From: Balanoglossus misakiensis
Lineage: Eukaryota > Animalia > Hemichordata
Assembly (NCBI GenBank): GCA_040954595.2
Contig: CM082582.2
Coordinates: forward strand, 2,650,303-2,714,302
Direction of reading: 5' to 3'
Length of the DNA stretch: 64,000 bases
The notes under the pieces are model-generated. The model ran no database searches, was not told the DNA's origin, and was given only the letters and a program-made list of their open reading frames with translations. Both the position numbers and the translations under genes were made by a program. The stretch's first letter is position 1; the number at the start of each line of letters is the position of its first letter. Shown here one piece after another: positions 1-9,807 of the stretch.

Positions 1-58
1 AGAGAGAATAAAAAGGAGAGAGAGAGAGAGAGAGAAAGGAAGAAGAAAGAAAAAGAGG
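1..58. repeat. (GA)n / purine-rich microsatellite
   Basis: agagagagagagagag followed by gaa/aag runs at the window start. Confidence 0.85.
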
Positions 59-435
59 TGATGAAGTGGGCAACTGCACGTATGCCATCAGCAACAAACA
101 CAAGGAAGAGGCGCCGTCTTGACTTCCATGACAACAAATAACATGACTGTTGTAAAGTGTGCCATGTGCCCTTTGGTGATGATGAATGCATGTTATGGCT
201 ACAGTTTGAGAAAAGTGCTGGGGGCTGCGACTGGTAGATGCATGTATCATGTATTTAGGCTAAGCAAAAACTTTTTTGTCATTTTTTACACCAAAAACGT
301 GGGGAAAATGAGAAAATTTCAAAAATTTACATGATATTGAAGTTGTTACCAATCTTTAGGGATTTGATTTCAAAGGGGAAAATGGGGTGAGGGGTCAACT
401 TAGGTTGGTCTGGTTAGGCATTACTGTCCCTTCAA

Positions 436-2398
436 AGAGCATATATTGCCTTTTTAAATCATATCAGAAGATTAAAAAAATGTTCAAAAGAAATCTAATA
501 TTTTCCAAAAATTACAATATTTTTCGGGTATCGATTTCTATAATATTCGTTTTGTTCTCATAAAATACTTCAAAATCCACCCTGTCTCGAAAAGTCCGAG
601 TTCAGATTTGCTGCATTTTGGTCACGTGACGTGACGTCACAGGAGGTTCCCCTCAGGTAGATCAGCTTTAGCGATGCTCACAGGTGTGATGCGTTGTTTT
701 CGTGCTTTTCTCTGTAATACCACAATGGGAAAGGGAGTTGTTTGCCGTGGTTGCAGCAACACATTACCTAGACGGGAGTCACCCGTGTGAGTTCCACAAA
801 AATGAATGAAAGTCTATGCCACGATCATCAACATCGTACGGTGTATATGAAGTCGGCGCGGTGCCGGTGACGGCCGTGGCGGTAACTGTCAATGCATGAC
901 CGTTGAATGATAATCGGCCAGGTTCGAATCACAAGAAGACAATCAGCACCCTTACAGGAAAATAGAAGCCTGTCAGTAGGAGAGGTCGACCAGTGATCAA
1001 TATTCAATTCAGAGCACAACTGATCGTTTATACCCGATATTGGTGTTCATTCAGTGTTCCAGCGACCGCGATTACACAGTAGTAGGTGAACTGGCAGGAT
1101 GCGTAAACACAATTTTGCGCTGGCCGACATCATGTCGAGATTGCTTATAATTATTCACTCTTTTGTCTGGCTACCCGGTACCCAGGGACCGCAAACTTCG
1201 ATAATTAAGGTTGACAGCAATCAATGTAAAAACTTGAACGTTCAAAATATTACTGTTACTATTTCACATTTTTTTCAGTCATACCTTTGTATGGCTTCGG
1301 CTGAATGGTCGCCATCTTTCTTTTCTAATTTCTTTGTTTACAAGTTTTACGTTGCACTATGTCCGACTCATCGGCTCCAAAACACACTGTACAAATTTTG
1401 AAACAAAGTGTGTTGAATAAATTTTGCTTCGTGTGAGTGAAAACCGTTTCCAAACTTGGATATTCGTGTGTATCAATGAAAATGTTTCATGCTTTGTGAG
1501 CGTGAGTGGGTCGGCCCGGCACGATCGCCTGTTGCTGTTGGTTGTATGGTTTCATTTTGTTATAATGCAGTATGAAGCATGTGAAGGAACTTTCATGATT
1601 ACAGCGACAAGTCATAAATGTTTCTGTTTGTCATCACCAAAAAGGCATATAGCTTACATGTAATTCAGAAGACAGAATTTTAGTGCTGGCATGGTACATA
1701 TACATCGCGGCGCGATATGTGTCATCGCTGCTGACTGCGTGTACACGCATCGGCGCTGATGGAGTTCCCTTGTAATAACACGAGCGTATTTTGTCTGTTG
1801 AGGCAGTGATCGAAAATCGCCAAAAGACCACGATCAGTTATCAATAAGTTGACATTGTCCAAGATAAGTAGATTTAGACCCAGCACTCTAGACCTAAACC
1901 TCTGGGCAATATTCCACGGTTTAATCGAGGCAGCAATCATTGTATGTGTAGGGCGCCTATACACATCCGCTGCCATTGCATGTTGTGTACTGCTTGCAAT
2001 GTGTAGCCGTAGCCTAGCCGGGCCGAGTAGTTTTTTTTCATAATCGCATCTCCCCTAGATGATAAGGTATACATGTACGTTTATTTTGAAGGGGACGGGG
2101 GATACAGAGTTGTACCCAGGCTGACACAGCAAAGCTGTTTAGATCACAGACATGTATGATTGCATTTCAACCACTGCAATGTACAGTGCTAAGTCTGTTG
2201 CAAACGTAAATGGGTTCCTCTTGTGACGTCACGGGTATGGGCGTGGCCCAAACAGAAGTTTTTTTTCTCAGGCCCTGAACATTTTTAAATTTAACATTTA
2301 TTTGTCCATATGAAATAAATAAAAGAACAACAGTATTTAACACACAAGCCCAATTATTATTTATCCTCAAAGGTGTGTTTCGAGCCAAGATATGCTCT
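436..2398. mobile_element. Non-autonomous Kolobok-like DNA transposon (~1.96 kb)
   Basis: Imperfect terminal inverted repeats: AGAGCATATATTGCC (436-450) versus the reverse complement of the right end, AGAGCATATCTTGGC. Flanked by tcaa (432-435) and ttaa (2399-2402). TTAA targets with 5'-RR termini are characteristic of Kolobok. The subterminal palindrome gtgacgtcac occurs near both ends (~631 and ~2224). No transposase ORF. Confidence 0.6.
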
Positions 2399-3018
2399 TT
2401 AAGTGATTAACAGAGCTATTTGTTATAATTTCTTGGCTGTCCTGGGCCCATGAAATTTCTCTCTTCCCTTTAAAAACTTATTTCCTTCATGAAAAAAAGT
2501 ATTTCTACTTATAAGGATCCAAATACTTTACGAGAATATGCATTCTAACTGTGTTTGTGCAACTGATGCAAAGTGACAGGAGAACTGGTCCAAGTGACCG
2601 CATACGGGTCTAGCGCCACCACTCGTCTGGGACTCTCGTTTACCTTGACCTTTGCCAACTTGACCCGGATTTGTGGTTGTTTCTATTGTCAGTCCTCCAG
2701 TGCTATAAAACATGGCGTTGTTGTAGTGTTCGAGTTGCCAATGAAGTGTGAGTATCATTTTTAATAAAAGTGATTGGATACTGGTCTAGGGGGTGTATGT
2801 AACAATTGGAATCAAAACTTTGAATTCGTATTTGAACAGCTCTACAATCTCAGTACTGCACTGGTACATTTGGTCAAACATCTGCCTCTTCAGCAGCATA
2901 TGCCGTTGTTGCACTGCAGGGCCAGTACACATATCAACAAGCAGTAGGCGACTGCGTTCAGTAGAAGAACTGTTCTTTTTTGTTTTTTCTAAACATACAC
3001 TTAAAAGATAATAAAAAT

Positions 3019-4738
3019 TAAAGCTGCAAGCAGCATTGAAGGGGCCCAAGCATAGAGTTAATAACCATTAGACTCCATTCAGGGTTGTACCATTCAAATG
3101 CGTAGGCTGTATTTGCTCTCGATGTTGAGATATGGGGAGTAGGCAACCACCTGAAATGCATGTCGTACAAGTACAAAAACAACAACCAAAGGTGAACTTC
3201 TACGTTGTAAGTACTTCAGTAAGTACTTCAAAGGTCAGCTGAGGGTACCCAAAACTTGGACCAAAAATTTTGATTCTTATTTGGTTCATATTCAAGACAA
3301 CGGAAAATCCTCGCCCTTTGAGTTGGTCAAATTAGGTATGACCATAAAATGAGTTACGCAAGTAAGTTACAGGTGGCCCCAGGAATTTAGCATTTCATGA
3401 CGCAGAGGTCCTACCCTACCCCTCCAAACACCTGGCTATATATGATTTGCATGCTAACATATGGAAAGCAGGTCAATGGACACCTGAGGTCAACCAAATA
3501 TTTGACAAAAAAATTTCATTCCTGTTTATGTCATGTGCAACAAATCCTACATTTGCAGCCCTTTCACTTTGCCTACCATTAGGTATGCACGGAATACATG
3601 AATCAAGCAGGTGTCACAGGTATCCCCATGTATTTGGCATTTCATGATAGTTTCATCCCTCCAAATACCAAAGCTGCACCTGTACAACGTGCTGATATAT
3701 GGCACTGTACGACAGAGGTCATCCAAATCACCTTATACATTTGGGCAAAAACCAACTGACACTTACATTCGTCCGTGTGGAGCAAAAACCACACATATCG
3801 CCCTGTTGGTTAGTGTTCAATTAAATGTACAAAATCAATGACTTCGGCAGGTGCAACGGGTGACCCCGCCTTTGGTATATCATTATGGTCCCATCCGTAT
3901 ACCCCCCCCCCCCCCACCACGCCAAAGCTGCATGCATCTGCTGTTATTCACTAAGCAAAAGTAGGTGAAATGTCACATAAGGTCGCCCACAACTTGACAG
4001 GAAAATCGGACTTCATATTGATCCATGTGCAACAAATACCATGCTAGCATGCTAACATTAGCGACTGAGGGTCAAAGTCCGCTGCCGCATTACATTGAAT
4101 GTTAACCAGTGTAGCCGGGGCTGCAGAGACACATTTAAACGGCAACAGCTAACAAACTCAGCGTAATTCAATAAATCGCCCTAACACAGCCTGAACTCCG
4201 ATAATTTTCCCAAAATTCATTCTGTGGAAAATAATCACTGGTCTGTTTACGTATTTCAGCCGATTTTCCAAGGACTACTGCAACCCTCCTGCTAATGAGA
4301 TCTCCATAACATTACGTAATGACGGTCAAAGTCCGATGCCCCAGTGTTTGTCCTCAGCCCACCAAAAAATGCGAAAAATATTACAAAAATCTTCTTCTCA
4401 AAATCGACGTGGCCTAGGACCTTAAAATTTGGCACAGGGGATTTTGGCCACATGGTCTACGAAAATCGCGAAAAGAATGTACATGCCCCCATTAACGTGC
4501 AAATTAGGTCAATTTGAAAATTTCGCTCGATTATAGCCACCAAGTCACGTGACTAATTACAAATTCAAAGGGCAGGTGCACTAGTACTCATGGGCCCCAA
4601 CCACCATGCCAAGTTTCATAGGCGTAGACCCAGGGATTTTTTAGCAAAACGGGAGCAAAAAAACGACTCAAGAAGAAAGAAGAAAAACTCCAGCAATAAC
4701 AGAAGGGGACCAAGCGCCCTCAGGCGCTTGGTCCCCTA
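3019..4738 (+). mobile_element. Helentron-associated (HINE/DINE-1-like) non-autonomous rolling-circle element
   Basis: Begins taaagctgcaagcagc. The 5' subterminal motif gaaggggcccaagc (~3038-3051) recurs in a perfect 15-bp 3' stem-loop, aggggaccaagcgcc-ctca-ggcgcttggtcccct (4704-4737). No TSD is visible and the flanks are A/T-rich. A related copy starts at ~57274. Confidence 0.65.
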
Positions 4739-5237
4739 AAAATGAAATATCAGCCTTGAAAAAGAAGTCTGAGTGCAAACTAGCACAGAATTAATAGTGA
4801 CATCATCGGTGGCACACAGAAACTGAGGATCAATAATTAGTTCATTGGCGCATCATCTTACTTGTAATGGTATTTGTTGTGGGAGCTGCAAGCCATTATG
4901 TTTTACTACCACAAATAAATTGATGCTAATTGATTATTCATAAAAGTACACAGTTCCATATCTACACTGAGTAGTGTTGTTTAGTTTGATTTAGTTGTGG
5001 AGTGGTCGAGGGTCCCTTGCTGTATCTTAAGGAGTGACCGATGGCCATTTGTGGTACCTCTCTCGTCATCCTTAAAACTGCTGCCTTGTACATAAACACT
5101 TGCCTAAGGCGTCGGCGATTTTAGGGTGGGTGGGTGGGTGCTCTCTGTCATGCTCCGCCGTGAGAAGGCATGGGCACTACATCTGGGTAGAACCTTATAT
5201 ACCAGACCTCATGCATATTCATATATAGTAAACCAAT

Positions 5238-5279
5238 CACTACGCAGTGTAGCTAGTTCCCCATCTACACTGCGTAGTG
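5238..5279. other. Perfect 15-bp inverted repeat with 12-bp spacer at the internal A2/B1 junction (putative recombination site)
   Basis: cactacgcagtgtag (5238-5252), spacer ctagttccccat, then ctacactgcgtagtg (5265-5279). The palindrome is seen directly; its function is inferred. Confidence 0.6.
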
Positions 5280-5814
5280 TTGTTTAGTTTGATTTAGTTT
5301 GATTTAGTGGTCGAGGGTCCCTTGCCTCCTCTCTTGGTCTCTCGACCGTACCCCAAAAACATACCCCTCTCCAATATTCATCACGCACATCCACAAATAC
5401 CACACAGAGCTGAAAAGGTAAAAAAACCCTCAATTCAATATCTATCGTAATCAAAACGACAATCAATTGGTTTTTGTTTTTGTTTTTGTTTTTGTTTTTT
5501 TTTATTTTTGGGGGGGGAACATAATAAACCGGGCATAGGGTTAGAAACCCCCGCCTAGTTGAGACAGAAGGGACTGTAATTAGACTACAGTACACCTCCC
5601 CCAGGCACGCCCCCATTTCCCCACATGTGCAAACCATTCATACAGCAACAGAACATTTTACATTACGTTCTTATTTTCCTTTAATCATCATTATCAATTC
5701 TGTGTTACAATACAATAGACACTATAGAATTCCAGCCAAGGTGTCCGCTTTATATCATATGTAGCCATACATCAGGCAGGCAAATCACCGTAAACCTGTA
5801 CTAATAGCAATAAC

Positions 5815-6447
5815 CTATTTGGTATCTCTACCTGAACGGGAACGGTAATATTCCCTTCTCCCATCATCATATCTATCAAATCTATCGTAGCGATCATACC
5901 TATCACGTCTACCATAACAAAACCTAGCTATATGTCCAATTCTATTACACTTCCAACATCGCAAACTTGATCTTTCTCTATTCTCTCTGCGACCAGCATT
6001 TAAATGGGTATTACTAACGGCTTTCTTCACTTTTGCAATTTTCTCTAAGATCTCTGCATGTTCACCTGATCCAAGTAGGGAAAGCAACATCTGAGGCATA
6101 GCGGGTGATTGCCTCTCTTTACGCAGAGCCCGTAACATGGCTACGTATTTATGATAGTCCTTATGTCCTATATCCATCGATATGTCTACGTCCACGAGCA
6201 TTTCCAGGCGAGCCAAAGCTTCTTCTGGACTAAAAGCCGCTTCGTCCCGTTCAGCATACAACCGCAACTCTGTCAGATATCTTTCGAACCTGTCGTAGGA
6301 TTCCAGTCGAGGGCCACTTGACATCTCCGGTCTTCGAGTATGTGCGGGTCCCTGCAATGCACCAATCAAAGCATAAACCTTAGCACCTGGGGTACGCCGC
6401 ACGTTTAGCGTGTAATTTACATGACAATTACTTCTGGCCACACCCAT
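5815..6447 (-). CDS. Gag-like protein with CCHC zinc knuckle
   Basis: Uninterrupted 210-aa ORF with a CX2CX4HX4C motif (CWKCNRIGHIARFC) followed by an R/D/Y-rich tail, lying inside the split-direct-repeat element. Confidence 0.7.
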   Translation of the reverse strand: MGVARSNCHVNYTLNVRRTPGAKVYALIGALQGPAHTRRPEMSSGPRLESYDRFERYLTELRLYAERDEAAFSPEEALARLEMLVDVDISMDIGHKDYHKYVAMLRALRKERQSPAMPQMLLSLLGSGEHAEILEKIAKVKKAVSNTHLNAGRRENRERSSLRCWKCNRIGHIARFCYGRRDRYDRYDRFDRYDDGRREYYRSRSGRDTK

Positions 6448-6509
6448 TCACAGTCAGCCTGCAATATTTTCCTCTGCAGCAGTCATATTCATTCCAACTA
6501 GCGCTCGAT

Positions 6510-6875
6510 AATTCGTCAACCCAAATGTTACAACCTGCCATGACCAATCCGACTACCTTTTCACATTATGTAACGAGTACACCGATTCCAGACTCGTCAA
6601 ACCCAAATACGAAAAGAAAAACACTTGGGGACGACTCATTACCTTCATTACCATTCATTACAGTCTCAGGTTTTTCATGGGGACGACTCAAGTTTCTTCT
6701 CCATTAACAACGGTAAATTCGTCAACCCAAAACCGTATTTCATAACTTTCCATGGGGACGACTCAATACTCAGTTTCTTCGCCATTAACAACTGTCAATT
6801 CGTCATACCCACAACCATATTTATAACTCTTCATGGGGACGACTCAATAATCACTTCTCTTTCGTCAGACCCAAA
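6510..6875. repeat. Internal degenerate tandem repeat (~52-81 bp spacing)
   Basis: ggggacgactca at 6627, 6679, 6754 and 6835, interleaved with ttcgtca(a)ccca-like motifs. Confidence 0.75.
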
Positions 6876-8522
6876 TACATCACATTCTCATTCGAAATGA
6901 CTCCAGTCCCAGTTCCCGATTATATCTTCGGTCTTGCACGCAGAATATCAGAATACAAGCTGGCTGTGGAAAGACAACACAGCAAAATGCACCAAATAAT
7001 ATTCGATCTGCAAGGTGAAACTTGCCGCATCGACTGGTTGCACTTGGCTGGTACCCGTTGAGGCTGTTCAGGTACTGGTAAGAGCGACAGTAGCATTGGT
7101 GGTAGTGGCAGTCGCAGTCCTGGTTGTAGACATTCTACTCACAGCCAAAGTATTGAGAACTGGTGTTTGCAGTGCTGTTACAACTGTTGCTTTTGTGGTT
7201 GGAGTTGCCATTCTGAATTCCACCAAGAAAACTTGATGACGAGCGAGGTACACGGAATATGCTCTCTGTCACGCTCCGCCGTGAGAAGGCATTGGCACTA
7301 CATCTGTGTAGAACCTTATAAACCAGACCTCATGCATATTCATATATAGTCAACCAATCACTACGCAGTGTAGCTAGTTTTTGGAACTACTGCCGGCAGT
7401 GTAAAAACCCTAGCTAGTAACCTGCGGGTGAAACAAGGCAACACTCGGTAGCTCCCGGGAACAGTTCAATTTCATGGTTATATAATAACATGTGCGGGTC
7501 CAGTGAAAAAATGGGTCCCGTGAACATTCCCAAATTTATGCCTCGTCACCAAGGTCCTTGGAAAGAGGCACATATTAAAACAGGCACTTAGTCTGGTATT
7601 TTGCTTTGTCAACTTTGGACAAGCTTTACCCTTGCATGCCCCGTGAGTCACAATGCACATCAGGCATCAACATAACTTTAAAACACGATGACTTTTACAC
7701 CGTGTGTAGGTTATATTATTGATTGCTACAATATTTTCAGTGTTTGGGTGTTAAAATGAACTCAGGTGGCTGGCAGTTGAAACACTGCTGAACAAACAGC
7801 TTCATGTCAATATAATCCAGGCATTATCACTGAAGAGGTGTGAATGAGCGAAGGCATTTAAGGGACTCCTCTGTGCAAACACTGCCCTAGCTACCAGTTT
7901 TGAAGTTATATGATAAAGTGTATCACATCGACAGGCAATGCCCTTTACTGTAAGATGTTAAGTGTTACGTTTTTTGTGCTTTATTTTTCATAGCAATGGT
8001 GAAAAAAATAGTTTTTGGTGAATATAAAGCAATATTTTTTTTTCAGTTTCCATCGTGACGTGAAGAATCATGATGTTTATCAACCAATGAAATAGTATAT
8101 AGCAATATATAAAAATGTCCTAATTGCTTGGAAAACTACATCCAACTATAACCTTCAACACTCCATATGCAACATGTATTCAAAGCATAGTATGTTTCCA
8201 CACTGAAAATGAATTACCTGGACTGAACTTCACAGTGGGTTATTAACAATGCACAGATTAGATAATTTGACACAATAGTCAAAGGCTGATATTTGTCACT
8301 GTGTGTGACCAGGGTATCATTTTAAACACATACTGGACTTTGACTACTATGTCTGTTATGTTACAGGCGTCATAGGTCATGGCGCTGGAGTGAACAGTGT
8401 GGTCACACCGTCATTAAAAGCAGGTCGAAATTTCATGGTAATAGTCCACCAGGTTTAACATTTGACATTACTGTTACTGATTTAAAGTTACCTAGAACGC
8501 TTGTAGCGGACCTGGAAGTGAT

Positions 8523-9296
8523 ATGGCAAACGCAACCCGAAATAAGAGCAAAAAAGTCGGTACGGACAACCAAGACATCGCAGCGTACTTCAAAGATGGC
8601 GGCGGTACATCAGAACCGGGCGTGCGAGAAGGTGAGAGTGGCTTCTCTCGTGACTCGCTGAAAGCCTTAATGAAGGAATGTCTGCATGACTTAGAGGAGA
8701 AAGTGGGCTCGATATCTGACCGGGTTTCAACGATTATAACTGAACAACGAAAGCTGTCTGAAAGAATGGAACTTGTTGAAACGAAATACACTGAACTTGA
8801 AAAGGCCATGCAGTATGCAGATGACGACATAGATACGCTGAAGGGAGAGAACGTGGAGTTGAAGGCAGACTTTCAGAAACTTCAAACAAAATTAGAGGAG
8901 TTTACCAATAGAAATGAACAAGTTGAGAGTTCGGTGACAAGGCTTGAAAGATACTCCCGAAACTACAATCTCCGTATTGGAGGCATACCCGAAAAAGAAG
9001 ATGAAAATTGCGTTGAAACCATAAAGAGACTCGCTGCAGAAAAGTTCAAGATGGCGGACATTTTGATTGACAATGCCCACCGCAGTCCAAGTGTGAAAGA
9101 CACTCGCAGTAAATCTGGCAAACCGAGGCATATCATCGTTAAACTCCCTCTTCGATTACAGCGGAGTGAACTACTGAGAAACTGGCGTACGGCTTTCAGA
9201 GGTACGGACATTTTTGTCAAACCAGACTTGTGCCCAGCGGACTATAAAGTCAAGCAAAGCCTCCGTACAACGAAAAAAAGAAAGTCAAGTTCGTAA
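8523..9296 (+). CDS. L1-type ORF1 protein (coiled coil plus RRM-like domain), probably frameshifted at the C-terminus
   Basis: Long heptad coiled-coil region followed by the L1 ORF1 motifs LERYSRNYNLRIGGIPE, IDNAHR, KPRHIIVKL and IFVKPDL. Confidence 0.8.
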   Translation: MANATRNKSKKVGTDNQDIAAYFKDGGGTSEPGVREGESGFSRDSLKALMKECLHDLEEKVGSISDRVSTIITEQRKLSERMELVETKYTELEKAMQYADDDIDTLKGENVELKADFQKLQTKLEEFTNRNEQVESSVTRLERYSRNYNLRIGGIPEKEDENCVETIKRLAAEKFKMADILIDNAHRSPSVKDTRSKSGKPRHIIVKLPLRLQRSELLRNWRTAFRGTDIFVKPDLCPADYKVKQSLRTTKKRKSSS

Positions 9297-9807
9297 ATGG
9301 TCAACTCTACATCAACAACTCAAAATACACGCCTTCACCACAAGATTACCAGCAAAGACATTGACTTGTTTATCATATCCTTTTGATGTCAGTGTGAGAG
9401 CAATGTCGCTACTGGTGATCAGTCCTCTTTTACTTGTCTGTATACATGGACACCTGCCATTAGAGAAATGCTTTTTGTTGACCTGTTATTCGATGTTGTG
9501 ATCATTCATGTCTTGTTTTTTCTCTCTCTCTCTTTTCTCATTTTACTGCATTAGTCAATTATGCTTTTGACTATGGTTATCGCTGTTGGGGAGATATTCT
9601 TTCCCCACACCTCCCTAAATTGCTTTACGCCATGTACCAGATCCTCCACCTTGCCTGTTGTTGTTTTTTTTTTTTTTTTTTTTTCGGTCTATGCTGAGCT
9701 CGTTGTAGAGTTCATTTTTTTTCCTTTTTTCTTTTCTATTTTGAAAATTTTGGGAGATTTAGAAAAAATTCAGTGCATCTTTGTACAGTTATTTTCTGTC
9801 AAATTTG

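Larger units (their letters stand above)
4952..7379 (-). mobile_element. Non-autonomous tyrosine-recombinase retrotransposon (PAT/Ngaro-type split direct repeats), gag only
   Basis: On the minus strand the order is A1 (7379-7260), gag, B1 (5325-5255), A2 (5258-5139), spacer, B2 (5020-4952). This is the A1-ORFs-B1-A2-B2 layout of PAT/Ngaro elements. No RT or YR ORF is present. Confidence 0.75.

Noticed and set aside
6620-6850. Short conserved repeats with variable intervening sequence resembling a mini-CRISPR
   Set aside because: The conserved core is only 12-16 bp and the intervening sequences are homologous to one another, so this is a degenerate tandem repeat.
4952-7379. Direct deletion derivative of the Ngaro at 21722-26011
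   Set aside because: The A/B repeats and the gag proteins (CCHC knuckle versus a different Cys/His finger) show no visible similarity.
7380-8348. Possible host exon or promoter in the largest apparently unique stretch
   Set aside because: No convincing ORF or splice pattern was seen; a small exon cannot be excluded without transcript data.
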